A stretch of DNA of 64,000 bases from Caulobacter sp. UNC279MFTsu5.1 (GTDB lineage Bacteria; Bacteroidota; Bacteroidia; Chitinophagales; Chitinophagaceae): the NCBI GenBank assembly GCA_943369185.1, contig CALRMK020000002.1, forward strand, positions 501,368 to 565,367, given 5' to 3'. Below are positions 20,248 to 29,557 of the stretch, piece by piece. The number at the start of each line of letters is the position of its first letter. Position 1 is the first letter of the stretch. The notes under the pieces are model-generated. The model did not search any database. It was not told the origin of the DNA and was given only the letters and a program-made list of their open reading frames with translations. The position numbers and the translations under genes are program-made.

Positions 20248-21081
20248 GTGCACATGATTTTAGTAGGTAAAAAATACTTCTTGTCTGTTTTTTCTGTTTG
20301 CCTGCTGGCAACAGGATCTGCGCAGGTGTTACGTGTAGATAATATCACCGTTCAGACTGACAAAGCAAAGGTTTTATATTCGCTGTTTACCAATACCTTT
20401 CAGTTACCGGAGCTGTTTCGCTATCAACCGGCAGGTTCTGCTGTTTCCGGAATGGTTTGGCTGGGTAATACAGCGCTTTCCATTACGGGTGGTGATAAGG
20501 ATACTACCTTTTTCAGTACGCTTTCGCTGGAACCACTGCAGCAAGGGGAAGCGCTTATACAGACCCTGACGGGTTTTGGTATAACACTGAATTCTCCTGA
20601 AAAGAGTAGTTATACATCTGTGCAAGGAGAAAACATTAGCTGGAAAACGATCGGGGTGCGTGATCTCTGCTCAGAATGGGTAAACATAGCTATTTCGGAT
20701 GCCCCCCGTCCTTCACTCTTCGCCAGTTACCGAACGGCGGCAAAAAAAATATTCGCTGAAAGAGCGGGAGGAACACTGGGTTTGCAGGCTGTACAGAAAA
20801 TCATTCTTACTACTGCCGATGCAGCAAAGAGCTTGCAGGCATGGGTCAGTATTCCCGGCGTTCAACGCATGGCCGATATTGGTTTTCGTTTGATAGACGG
20901 GCCTGTCATCCTGGTGGAAAAAGGAAATTACAATGCGGTAAAAGAAATAGTGGTACAGGTAACCTCTCTGGCAGTTGCCGAATCTTTTCTGCAGCAAAAC
21001 GGACTATTGCAAAAAGAAGGGAACAAAACCCTCATCCTTCCGGCTGCAGTACAGGGATTGCGGATACTCTTAGAAGAATAA
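20248..21081 (+). CDS. Secreted hypothetical protein (possibly VOC/glyoxalase-like)
   Basis: 277-aa ORF with signal peptide; fold guess is weak. Confidence 0.6.
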   Translation: MHMILVGKKYFLSVFSVCLLATGSAQVLRVDNITVQTDKAKVLYSLFTNTFQLPELFRYQPAGSAVSGMVWLGNTALSITGGDKDTTFFSTLSLEPLQQGEALIQTLTGFGITLNSPEKSSYTSVQGENISWKTIGVRDLCSEWVNIAISDAPRPSLFASYRTAAKKIFAERAGGTLGLQAVQKIILTTADAAKSLQAWVSIPGVQRMADIGFRLIDGPVILVEKGNYNAVKEIVVQVTSLAVAESFLQQNGLLQKEGNKTLILPAAVQGLRILLEE

Positions 21082-21084
21082 CAG

Positions 21085-21924
21085 TTAGGCTACCACCATT
21101 TCTCCGATAGCCATATTGAGGAAGTTGGGTAGTACATGCTGGTAGGTCCACATAATCTTTTCCGGATCCTGTAGCTGCTCCACCATGCTTTTCCATTTTT
21201 CTTCGCCATGGTTTTCTATCACGGTTTGCTTCTTGTCTTCGCGCAGCAGGTACATATGCATACCGGTAGCATCTGCTTCGGGGTGAAACTGGGTACCCAG
21301 AAAGTGGTCATTAAACCTCACCGACATAATGGCCCGTTCATAAGGCACATGGGGCCGGTCTTTTTCTATTGCGAGTATTTTACCACCCATCTCACGTAAA
21401 CGGGCATGGTTGGGCTCTATCACCTGGTAATCGCGGCTGTCTACGCTGTAAAAGGGGTCTCTCAGCCCTTCAAATACCGGTTCCTGTTTACCATCTTCGA
21501 GCATGTGAATCGGAAATACGCCAAATGCGGTTGATCTCCGCTTGCAAACAGTACCAATGCCGTAATGCCGGCAGGCTAGTTGAAAACTATGACAGATAAA
21601 AAAAACATGTTTTTTGGCAGAATCCTCTGCCTGCCTGTTCCAGTCTTCGATCTGCCCCAGCCAGGTAAAATACTGTTTTTCCCAATCGCTGTTTACGGTG
21701 TCCAGCGGAGAACCCGGACCGCCACTGGAGATATAAATGTCGAAAGAAGTATCGGGCACTTCATTCTTTACACGCACATCAAATTCCTGACAGATCAGTT
21801 CTATCTGGTTAGCAGCTTCCCATTGTAAAAGGATATCCCTGATACAACGCATCCCCTGGTTGGCCTGTCCCTCATACAGATCAAGGATCGCCACACGCAC
21901 ATATGTATTCTCTTTTCCACTCAT
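21085..21924 (-). CDS. Class I glutamine amidotransferase domain protein
   Basis: SGGPGSP, nucleophile elbow FICHSFQL, QFHPE (Cys-His-Glu triad). Start MSGKEN at 21924; the longer ORF start reads through the repeat. Confidence 0.88.
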   Translation of the reverse strand: MSGKENTYVRVAILDLYEGQANQGMRCIRDILLQWEAANQIELICQEFDVRVKNEVPDTSFDIYISSGGPGSPLDTVNSDWEKQYFTWLGQIEDWNRQAEDSAKKHVFFICHSFQLACRHYGIGTVCKRRSTAFGVFPIHMLEDGKQEPVFEGLRDPFYSVDSRDYQVIEPNHARLREMGGKILAIEKDRPHVPYERAIMSVRFNDHFLGTQFHPEADATGMHMYLLREDKKQTVIENHGEEKWKSMVEQLQDPEKIMWTYQHVLPNFLNMAIGEMVVA

Positions 21925-21947
21925 ACGCCGCGAAAATAGGGATTTTT

Positions 21948-22028
21948 GAGAGTTGGGGGTTTGGAGTTTGGTGTTTGGGGTTTTGTAAAATATCAACTCC
22001 AAACACCAAACTCCAAACTACAAACTCC
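21948..22028. repeat. GGAGT/GGTGT-heptamer inverted tandem-repeat hairpin, copy B (degenerate)
   Basis: GAGTTGG GGGTTTG GAGTTTG GTGTTTG GGGTTTTG / TAAAATATC / AACTCC AAACACC AAACTCC AAACTAC AAACTCC. Confidence 0.85.
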
Positions 22029-23149
22029 TACAAATAGCTCAAATTGGTTTTCGGTGAGATGGCCAGTAAAGTATGGTACATCAGTTTAATGGTTTCTTCT
22101 ATATCCCTTTTGTGGAGCATTTCAACCGTAGTATGCATGTAACGGAGGGGGATAGAGATCAGTACGGATGGACAGCCATCATTGGCATACGCAAAACTAT
22201 CGGTATCTGTTCCGGTACTGCGGCTTAAGGTTCTGAACTGTACGGGAATTTTGTTCTTACCGGCTACCTCTTCCACCACTTTCAGCAGTTTGTTATGAAT
22301 TGCCGGGGCATAGGCTAAGGAAGGCCCTTTGCCGCACTGGATATCGCCTTCAATGGCTTTGCTGATCAGGGGTGTGCTGGTATCATGGGTTACATCGGTA
22401 ATAATGGCAATATCGGGTTTGATCCTGCGGGCGATCATTTCTGCACCACGCAAACCGATCTCTTCCTGCACGGCGTTTACGATGTATAAACCAAAGGGTA
22501 GTTTTTTCTTGTTCTGCTTCAGTAAACGGGCCACTTCGGCGATCATGAAACCACCTACCCGGTTATCAAAGGCGCGGCCGATAAAATAATCGTAAGCCAG
22601 TTCATCAAAACCTTCTTCATAAGTAACTACCGAACCAATATGAATACCCAGTGCCTCAACTTCTTTTTTACTACGGGCACCGCAATCCAGGGTCAGATTG
22701 TCAACCTTGGGTTGGGGTTCTTTCTGATCGGGGTTACTCATACGCGTATGAATGGCCGGCCATCCGAATACCGCTTTAACGGGTCCTTTTTTACCATGGA
22801 TCCACACCCGTTTGGCGGGCGCCACCTGGTGATCCACACCACCATTGCGTTTCAGGTAAATAAGTCCTTGCTCGTTGATGTAATTCACAAACCAGCTGAT
22901 CTCATCCGCATGGGCTTCTATGACCACTTTAAAAGGGGCAGTAGGATTGATCACACCCACTGCGGTTCCGTAAGGATCTGTGAAATGGGTATCTACCAGG
23001 GGTTTGATATATTCCAGCCAGATTTTCTGTCCGCCGCTTTCAAAACCTACCGGAGAAGGGGTATTGATATAATTTCTGAAAAAAGCCATGGCCTCATCGC
23101 TGAGAATTGATTTGGCTTTTGTCTTGGAAAGAGTTTTTGCTTTTGCCAT
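22028..23149 (-). CDS. M42 family metallopeptidase (TET aminopeptidase-like)
   Basis: EAHADEI, AFDNRVG, QEEIGLRGA, DVTHD, LRYMHT. Confidence 0.93.
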   Translation of the reverse strand: MAKAKTLSKTKAKSILSDEAMAFFRNYINTPSPVGFESGGQKIWLEYIKPLVDTHFTDPYGTAVGVINPTAPFKVVIEAHADEISWFVNYINEQGLIYLKRNGGVDHQVAPAKRVWIHGKKGPVKAVFGWPAIHTRMSNPDQKEPQPKVDNLTLDCGARSKKEVEALGIHIGSVVTYEEGFDELAYDYFIGRAFDNRVGGFMIAEVARLLKQNKKKLPFGLYIVNAVQEEIGLRGAEMIARRIKPDIAIITDVTHDTSTPLISKAIEGDIQCGKGPSLAYAPAIHNKLLKVVEEVAGKNKIPVQFRTLSRSTGTDTDSFAYANDGCPSVLISIPLRYMHTTVEMLHKRDIEETIKLMYHTLLAISPKTNLSYL

Positions 23150-23154
23150 AGTGT

Positions 23155-24066
23155 TTATTTTAGGAAGATCATACCTGCAATGCCGCAGATTGCTTTAACG
23201 AGCATCAATCCGTCAATGATTGCAAGATAATAGAGAATGCTTTTACGCCGGTGCATAGAGTAGGCTACAGTTATCAACAATAAGAACGGAATCATGTTAA
23301 TGAGGATCGTAGGCAAAGGAAAACCCCGCAGGGTGGTAAATACCAGAAACACGGCCAATCCAACCAGACTGAGCGGAATCAGCAGTGAAAAAATAGTAAA
23401 CCGTAAGCCATAACGTACCACAAAGGTTTTTATCTGGCTGTTATGATCCGCCGCATAGTCTTTGATATCAAACATGATACAGAGCATGGCGATATACATG
23501 AAGTTTTTCAGGGTGAGCAGGAACATAAACAGGTTGGGCGGGTCCAGGCGGTTGTGTTCCAGATCACTTACAATTACCGGATATACGGTAACGGCCCCTG
23601 CCCACACAAAACCGATCACAAAAGGTTTCAGCCAGCCTTTTCTGCGCAGGCTTCTTTTGCCCGACCCCGGCGAAATACTGCCGTAATACAAGGCCGCTGC
23701 TAACGGAAAAATCAAGACAAGCAGCCAACGCCAGCCCTCCAGCGCAAACAGGGCTTTTCTGTTTTCATGAAGCAGGTAACTGCCGGTTGCGAGGCAAACA
23801 ATGGTTAATGATAACTGCGACCAGCCAATGAATACCCGGTTTTGGGCGTACCAGACAGCTCTTTTGTTGTGGTGAAGTAAATCAGTAACGGGCTCAGAAA
23901 TATAGGCATGTGTATAATACAGAACAGTAGCTGCAAAAACAAAGAGGTAATAGTTGATGCTGTTCAGCGGAATACGCTGTTGCAGGTTGGCTTCGATGGA
24001 TAAAGCAATGGCGCAGAAACCGTAAAAATAGTTTCCGAAGAAGAGTAACCTCGTTAAGCCATTCAA
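23155..24066 (-). CDS. UbiA prenyltransferase family membrane protein
   Basis: Multi-TM; LRRKGWLKPF; FDIKDYAAD Asp-rich motif. Confidence 0.7.
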   Translation of the reverse strand: MNGLTRLLFFGNYFYGFCAIALSIEANLQQRIPLNSINYYLFVFAATVLYYTHAYISEPVTDLLHHNKRAVWYAQNRVFIGWSQLSLTIVCLATGSYLLHENRKALFALEGWRWLLVLIFPLAAALYYGSISPGSGKRSLRRKGWLKPFVIGFVWAGAVTVYPVIVSDLEHNRLDPPNLFMFLLTLKNFMYIAMLCIMFDIKDYAADHNSQIKTFVVRYGLRFTIFSLLIPLSLVGLAVFLVFTTLRGFPLPTILINMIPFLLLITVAYSMHRRKSILYYLAIIDGLMLVKAICGIAGMIFLK

Positions 24067-24071
24067 TCGGT

Positions 24072-24524
24072 TTATTTTAATAAGATAATATTACCACTGG
24101 TAATGGTATCGCTCATATTCTGGGCCTTGTCTTTGAGCCAGAATTTGAAATAAGCGGTATCGTTTTTGGTGCCGCAACCGGTAATGGGGTTGTATCCCTG
24201 TATATTGGCATTATACGCATAACCAAATTCAAGCGTGCCTTTCAGATTCGAAGTGCCTGTAAAATTGGGCACTTTGTTTTTGCTGATGAAAGTAGCGCCG
24301 GGTGTAGCCGGACAATTACGGGAAAATTTCTGCACCCATAGCGTATCCTGAATATCACCTTCCTTATCGGTAAATTCCAGTTCAAACAGCAAAAGATCGC
24401 CCTGCGAAAGGGTAGTGGCATTTACGCTTTTGATGCTGATCTGGGGTTTGGTGGTATAGGTATCTTTCTTGCAGGCATAAAACATCACCGGGATTGCCAA
24501 TAGTATCAATAATTTTGTCTTCAT
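24072..24524 (-). CDS. Hypothetical lipoprotein
   Basis: MKTKLLILLAIPVMFYAC lipobox; FTDKEGDI motif. Confidence 0.75.
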   Translation of the reverse strand: MKTKLLILLAIPVMFYACKKDTYTTKPQISIKSVNATTLSQGDLLLFELEFTDKEGDIQDTLWVQKFSRNCPATPGATFISKNKVPNFTGTSNLKGTLEFGYAYNANIQGYNPITGCGTKNDTAYFKFWLKDKAQNMSDTITSGNIILLK

Positions 24525-24573
24525 TCGGGTCACTTTCATTTCAAATTTAGTTAAAACATTACAATACATAGCT

Positions 24574-25560
24574 GTGGGCGCAATTGATGTTAACAATATT
24601 TTCTCTCTTTCTGCCGATCCGGTTGCTTTCCGGGAAGCCTGTTTGCAGACATTCCGCTTTCAATACCGCGAGAATCCGGTTTACCGCGAATGGTGCAGAT
24701 TAACGCATACGGATCCTGCTGCTGTAAAGACGCCCGAATCGATCCCTGCGTTGCCTATCTCATTCTTTAAAAGCAGGGAAGTAATGACCAGTTCTTTTAC
24801 GCCACAAACTGTTTTTGAAAGCAGTGGTACTACGCAAAGCCATACCAGCAGGCATTTGGTAAAAGATATTGCCATCTACCGGCAGAGTTTTCTGAAGGCT
24901 TTTATTCAGTTCTATGGGGAAGTAACAGACTGGTGTATCCTCGGTTTGCTGCCTTCTTATCTGGAACGTCAGCACTCTTCCCTGGTAATGATGGTAGATG
25001 AACTGATCCGGTTAAGCGGTCACCCAGCCAGTGGCTTTTACCTCGATGAACACGAACATCTTTCTACAACCCTGCAACAGCTGGAGGCCCGGTCACAAAA
25101 GACCCTGCTGATCGGCGTTACCTTTGGTCTGCTCGATTTTGCTGCTGCTTATCCGCAACAACTCAAACATACCGTAGTGATGGAAACCGGGGGAATGAAA
25201 GGCCGCCGCAAAGAACTGACCCGTGCAGAAGTCCATCGCTTACTGATGGAGGGACTCGGCGTTAGTTCGGTACACTCAGAATATGGCATGACAGAACTTT
25301 TGAGTCAGGCATATTCGAAAGGAGAGGGCCGGTTTACCTGTCCGCCCTGGATGAAAGTGCTGGTGCGGGATGAAGAAGATCCCTTAGCCGTGCAGGCATC
25401 GGGCAGGGGTATATTGCAGGTCATAGATTTAGCCAATATTTACAGCAGCTCATTTATCGCCACCGAAGACGTGGGCAGGGTATATGAAGACGGCAGTTTT
25501 GAGGTATGGGGCAGGCTGGATAACAGTGATATCAGGGGGTGTAGCCTGTTAGTGGTATAG
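24574..25560 (+). CDS. LuxE/PaaK-like acyl-protein synthetase family protein
   Basis: ALPISFFK, FESSGTT, METGGMKGR, SEYGMTELLSQAY, GRLDNSDIRGC. Confidence 0.88.
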   Translation: MGAIDVNNIFSLSADPVAFREACLQTFRFQYRENPVYREWCRLTHTDPAAVKTPESIPALPISFFKSREVMTSSFTPQTVFESSGTTQSHTSRHLVKDIAIYRQSFLKAFIQFYGEVTDWCILGLLPSYLERQHSSLVMMVDELIRLSGHPASGFYLDEHEHLSTTLQQLEARSQKTLLIGVTFGLLDFAAAYPQQLKHTVVMETGGMKGRRKELTRAEVHRLLMEGLGVSSVHSEYGMTELLSQAYSKGEGRFTCPPWMKVLVRDEEDPLAVQASGRGILQVIDLANIYSSSFIATEDVGRVYEDGSFEVWGRLDNSDIRGCSLLVV

Positions 25561-25572
25561 GACTGCTGAGGG

Positions 25573-25700
25573 AATTAAAAATTAAAAAATTAGAAATTAA
25601 GAATTTAGAGAGAAAAATAGCTTGGTTGGTATCCCTGATTCCCATTATATTTGCAGCCCTGAAACACCAATTGTTAATTTTTAATTTCTAATTATTAATT
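25573..25700. repeat. AT-rich heptamer inverted arms flanking the tRNA promoter
   Basis: Left 25573-25608 AATTAAA AATTAAA AAATTAG AAATTAA; right 25674-25700 TTAATTT TTAATTT CTAATT ATTAATT; TATATTTG -7 box at 25646-25653 between them. Confidence 0.65.
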
Positions 25701-25711
25701 AATAATCATCT

Positions 25712-25795
25712 GCCCAGATGGCGAAATTGGTAGACGCACTGTGTTCAGGTCGCAGCGCTCGCAAGGGTGTGCTGGTTCGAATCCAGTTCTGGGCA
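25712..25795 (+). tRNA. tRNA-Leu(CAG)
   Basis: Acceptor GCCCAGA/TCTGGGC, D-loop AATTGGTAGA, anticodon loop TT-CAG-GT, long variable arm, T-loop TTCGAAT; CCA not encoded. Confidence 0.97.
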
Positions 25796-25797
25796 CT

Positions 25798-25835
25798 AAA
25801 AACCTTATAGACTTAGTTGTTTATAAGGTTTTTTA
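25798..25835 (+). terminator. Intrinsic terminator after tRNA-Leu
   Basis: AAAACCTTATAGAC-TTAGTT-GTTTATAAGGTTTT followed by T-rich sequence. Confidence 0.8.
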
Positions 25836-26270
25836 TTTTTCACAATCTTTCCTGCTGGTGTTACCATCTTCGCCGTTTTTTTTGATGCATAAGACACTCC
25901 TGTAACGAGCGATAACCACAAATTTTCGGTGTTTTCGGCAGGGGATTAGGGTGTTTATAGCAGCCTTTGTAGTCCTCTCATGTTGTAAATTGCCTGAATA
26001 AAGAAGCAGGGAAAATGAAGGGTGTCGGGATGAATGTCATGGTACTGTCTTTTTCTGGAGCCTTAATAAGGGCAGAAAAAGGGGAAGCACTACTAAATAG
26101 TTGATAGTCAAATGTTTATTCCGTTAAACAACGCGGTTTGTGATATGGGAGGTTTGCGGGAATTAGCTGTTGTTTGACGTTTTTTGCAGTCGGACAATAT
26201 CCAAAATACAGTAACTTTGTACAAAACAGATATTTCGTTAATATCCTAAAGTTTTAAAGGAGTAGCAAGA

Positions 26271-26897
26271 ATGAGAATATTGATTGCAGACGATCACACC
26301 CTGATCAGGGAAGGTTTGAGGAAGATATTGGTGGAGTCGTTTCCTTTTGCAGATATACATGATGTATCTGATTCTGCTGATTTGCTGAAAAAAGCAATTC
26401 AGGAAAAATGGGATATTATCATTTCAGATATCAGTATGCCTGGTTATTCCGGCATTGAGATCTTAAAGCAGATCAAAGAAAATGCACCCTTAACACCCGT
26501 GTTGATGTTAAGTATGCATGCTCCCGAACAATATGCCGTTCGTTCGCTGAAAGCCGGCGCCTCCGGCTATCTTACCAAAGAGAGTGCTCCTTATGAATTG
26601 GTAAAAGCGGTGCAGCAAATCCTCAGTGGCCGTAAATATATCACCAGCGAAGTGGCCGAAGTATTGGCGGGTTCTATTGAACAGAATAATACACAAGCCC
26701 CTCACGAACAGCTGTCTGACCGTGAATTTGAAGTCTTCAAAATGATCGTTTCCGGGAAGAGTATTTCTGCTATCGGAGAGATTCTTTCGCTCAATGTCAA
26801 TACGATCAGTACCTATCGCTCCCGGATCATGGAAAAAATGCATTTGCAGAGCAATGCCGATCTGGTAAAGTATGCGATCATGAACAATATTATTTAG
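26271..26897 (+). CDS. NarL/FixJ (LuxR-HTH) family response regulator
   Basis: ADDH, ISDISMPG, GYLTK, LSDREFEV...TISTYRSRIMEKM; TAACTTTG box at 26212. Confidence 0.95.
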   Translation: MRILIADDHTLIREGLRKILVESFPFADIHDVSDSADLLKKAIQEKWDIIISDISMPGYSGIEILKQIKENAPLTPVLMLSMHAPEQYAVRSLKAGASGYLTKESAPYELVKAVQQILSGRKYITSEVAEVLAGSIEQNNTQAPHEQLSDREFEVFKMIVSGKSISAIGEILSLNVNTISTYRSRIMEKMHLQSNADLVKYAIMNNII

Positions 26898-26920
26898 CTG
26901 AATAACTTGTAAAATGTCGC

Positions 26921-26940
26921 TTGTAGTACAATTACTACAA
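26921..26940. promoter_or_regulatory. Perfect inverted repeat, GTAGT-N6-ACTAC site 1
   Basis: TTGTAGTA-CAAT-TACTACAA. Confidence 0.55.
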
Positions 26941-27156
26941 ATTAACAATAATATACTATTGCCGGGGCAGTTTTATATCTTTTACTTTACAAAATAAGGG
27001 AAGCATATAGCGTTCTGCTTTTCGCCTACCTTATCATCGATATCCTTAGAATTCACTATCCTCGGAAATTCCATAAATGCTTACCGGTTGCTTGCCATTG
27101 TAATGCATTTCTTACAACACATTTTTTCCTAGAAAAACCAAGGGACAAAACTGAAT

Positions 27157-27194
27157 AACCCTGTAACATTCGATGTTATAGGGTTTTTCTTTTC
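27157..27194 (+). terminator. Intrinsic terminator with no ORF directly upstream
   Basis: AACCCTGTAACAT-TCG-ATGTTATAGGGTT followed by TTTCTTTTC. Confidence 0.75.
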
Positions 27195-27275
27195 TGTGAT
27201 CTAACCAACAACCTTATTATTTTTTGGAAACAGGATCCGCCCCGCTTTGGGTGACTACGAGCTATTTCTATAATG

Positions 27276-27291
27276 GTAGTGGATCAACTAC
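27276..27291. promoter_or_regulatory. GTAGT-N6-ACTAC site 2
   Basis: GTAGT-GGATCA-ACTAC upstream of the single-domain response regulator. Confidence 0.45.
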
Positions 27292-27361
27292 AGCAGCTCT
27301 ATGAGCAATGCTACAAATCGTTTTCTGCTACGGGTCTATCTTCGATTCATCTATTTATTAC

Positions 27362-27760
27362 ATGATGGAAAATAAAGGGCTTAAGGTTCTGTTGATTGAT
27401 GATACGGTGATGATACTCCAGCATCTGAAGACGATTCTGGCAGAAGTAAAAGATATTACCAGTACGGAGTCTGTAACCAGTGCGGAAGAAGCATTGGTAT
27501 TACTGGATGGCTACCAGCCGGATGTAATGGTGCTGGATATTAATATGCCGGGCATGAGCGGAATAGAAATGTTACGCCGCTTACATCTTCGCAGCATGAT
27601 CAAACCGGTTGTCATCATGCTAACCAATAATACTTTTGCCGGCTATCGCGATGAGTGCATGCGTTTGGGTGCTGATTATTTTCTGGATAAGTCCCGTGAT
27701 TTTTTACTCATTCCCTCTATTGTACAAAAAGTAAAAGAGAAAAATCTGATGCAGTACTGA
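27362..27760 (+). CDS. Single-domain response regulator (receiver only)
   Basis: LIDD, VLDINMPG, MLTN, FLDKS; no output domain. Confidence 0.9.
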   Translation: MMENKGLKVLLIDDTVMILQHLKTILAEVKDITSTESVTSAEEALVLLDGYQPDVMVLDINMPGMSGIEMLRRLHLRSMIKPVVIMLTNNTFAGYRDECMRLGADYFLDKSRDFLLIPSIVQKVKEKNLMQY

Positions 27761-27771
27761 TTTGCCCTTTA

Positions 27772-28509
27772 TCAGATCCCCAGTACTTCTCTCAGTTTGG
27801 CATATCCCGCCTTGCTTACCGGTAATTTTACCCCGATACTTAATACAGCCAGGTGGCTTTCTTTTTCATAAGGATCGATCCTGGTGATCAGTTGTACATT
27901 GATGATATAAGACCGGTGTATGCGGATAAAATTCTGCGACTCCAGTGTTTCTTCAAAATACCCCATCGTTTTATTCTTGAGAAAAACGCCATCAGCCGTG
28001 TGGATCTTTACATAATCATCTGCGGCTTCCAGATAACGGATGGTAGCCGTGGGAATGATCTTTACTTTGCCATTGTCTTTTACCACTACCCGGTTCTGTT
28101 GCGCGGGGTTCAGACCGGAACTGTTCAGCAGGTCTGTAGTTGTATTTTTTCTTTCCTGGTGATTTTGCGTCTGCCATTTTTGAATCGCTTTACCAAAGCG
28201 TTCTTTACTGAAAGGTTTCAATAAATAATCTACCGCATGGGTTTCAAAAGCTTTGATCGCATATTCTTCGAAAGCCGTGGTAAAAATTACCGCCGGTGGA
28301 TTCTCGATCAGTTCCAGCATTTCAAAACCATTGATCTTAGGCATCTGGATGTCCAGTAATACCAGGTCGGGCTGGTGTTGCTGAATGGCTTTGATGCCTT
28401 CAAAACCATCATTGCATTCCTGCACCAGTTCCAGCCCGGGAAAATCCTGCAGGTATTCTTTTACAATACTTCTTGCCAGTATTTCGTCGTCAATGATAAT
28501 TACTTTCAT
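27772..28509 (-). CDS. LytR/AlgR (LytTR) family response regulator
   Basis: IDDE, LDIQMP, TTAF, DYLLKP, FIRIHRSY, LPVSK. Confidence 0.96.
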   Translation of the reverse strand: MKVIIIDDEILARSIVKEYLQDFPGLELVQECNDGFEGIKAIQQHQPDLVLLDIQMPKINGFEMLELIENPPAVIFTTAFEEYAIKAFETHAVDYLLKPFSKERFGKAIQKWQTQNHQERKNTTTDLLNSSGLNPAQQNRVVVKDNGKVKIIPTATIRYLEAADDYVKIHTADGVFLKNKTMGYFEETLESQNFIRIHRSYIINVQLITRIDPYEKESHLAVLSIGVKLPVSKAGYAKLREVLGI

Positions 28510-28513
28510 AAGA

Positions 28514-29554
28514 TTAATGATACTGCGGTATCAGAATGCTAGTGGTGAATAAGGTTCCTGATGTATGGGTTTGTAACAGATCGTGCCGGGCAAACAATAA
28601 ATACAAACGGCGGCGGATGGAAGCCAATCCAAAACCGGTTCCCTGTGTGCTGATAGCCGTTTCTTCATCGTAAGGGTTGGTGATAGTGAGTTGTAACTGC
28701 TCTTTGGCTACCACTGCATCAATGGTGATCAATACATCTTCTGTGGTATCATATAAACCGAATTTGATCGCATTTTCCACGATCGGCTGCAGTAATAAGG
28801 ATGGTACTTGCATGTTACGTGATGCGTCGTCAATCCTAACGGCTGTCTGCAGCCTTTGCCCGAAACGTACTTTCTCAATATCGAGGTATAACTGTAAATG
28901 ATTTAATTCTTCTTCAAGTGATACCCATTGGTGATCGTCTCTTTTTAAAGTGCCACGCAGAAAATCAGATAACTGCTGAATCATATGCCTTGCTTTCTCG
29001 GGCTGACTACCGGCCAGGGCACTGATAGAGTTGAGGCTGTTGAATAAAAAATGGGGTTGCAACTGCTGGCGCAGTTGCAGGAGCTCGGCATCTTTGGTCA
29101 TTTTTTCTGCTTCTTCCTTTCGCCGGTCGGCGGCCTGTTGTTCCTGTAATGTGTACCAAAGCAGACTCAGAATACCCATGCAACCAATCATCAGAAAGCC
29201 AATGACATAACGGATGTAAATGGAGTTATCAAGAAAACGCAGATAAGCAGGATCACTACCCAGAAAAAAACGCAGCACCGTTTTGATGATCCATAACCAG
29301 ATGCCGCTCAGCACCACACTCATCAGTAACACATACCAATACCTTTCTTTCTGTGGCAGATAGTATTTCATGTTATTGGTGATCAGCAGACAACTGGCTG
29401 CCAGTAAAAGATTGCAGAGTATACCATCGGTCAGACTTTGCCGAAAGGTGGCTCCATAACTGCTGATCACCAATACCTGTACCAGCGTCCATACCAGCCA
29501 CCAGCTGGCAAAAGTGATGCGAAAGCGGGAACCGGTGGTAACAGGACTGATCAT
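28514..29554 (-). CDS. LytS/YehU-type sensor histidine kinase
   Basis: LQPHFLFNSLNSI, LQPIVENAIKFG, GTGFGL; N-terminal TM helices. Confidence 0.95.
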   Translation of the reverse strand: MISPVTTGSRFRITFASWWLVWTLVQVLVISSYGATFRQSLTDGILCNLLLAASCLLITNNMKYYLPQKERYWYVLLMSVVLSGIWLWIIKTVLRFFLGSDPAYLRFLDNSIYIRYVIGFLMIGCMGILSLLWYTLQEQQAADRRKEEAEKMTKDAELLQLRQQLQPHFLFNSLNSISALAGSQPEKARHMIQQLSDFLRGTLKRDDHQWVSLEEELNHLQLYLDIEKVRFGQRLQTAVRIDDASRNMQVPSLLLQPIVENAIKFGLYDTTEDVLITIDAVVAKEQLQLTITNPYDEETAISTQGTGFGLASIRRRLYLLFARHDLLQTHTSGTLFTTSILIPQYH

Positions 29555-29557
29555 AAG

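Noticed and set aside
24574-25560. Bioluminescence (lux) operon
   Set aside because: Only a LuxE-like gene; no luxA/B/C/D nearby.
25796-26270. Integrative element or genomic island at the tRNA-Leu 3' end
   Set aside because: No integrase, no duplicated tRNA 3' end (att site) seen in the window, and no cargo ORF; only a long intergenic region.
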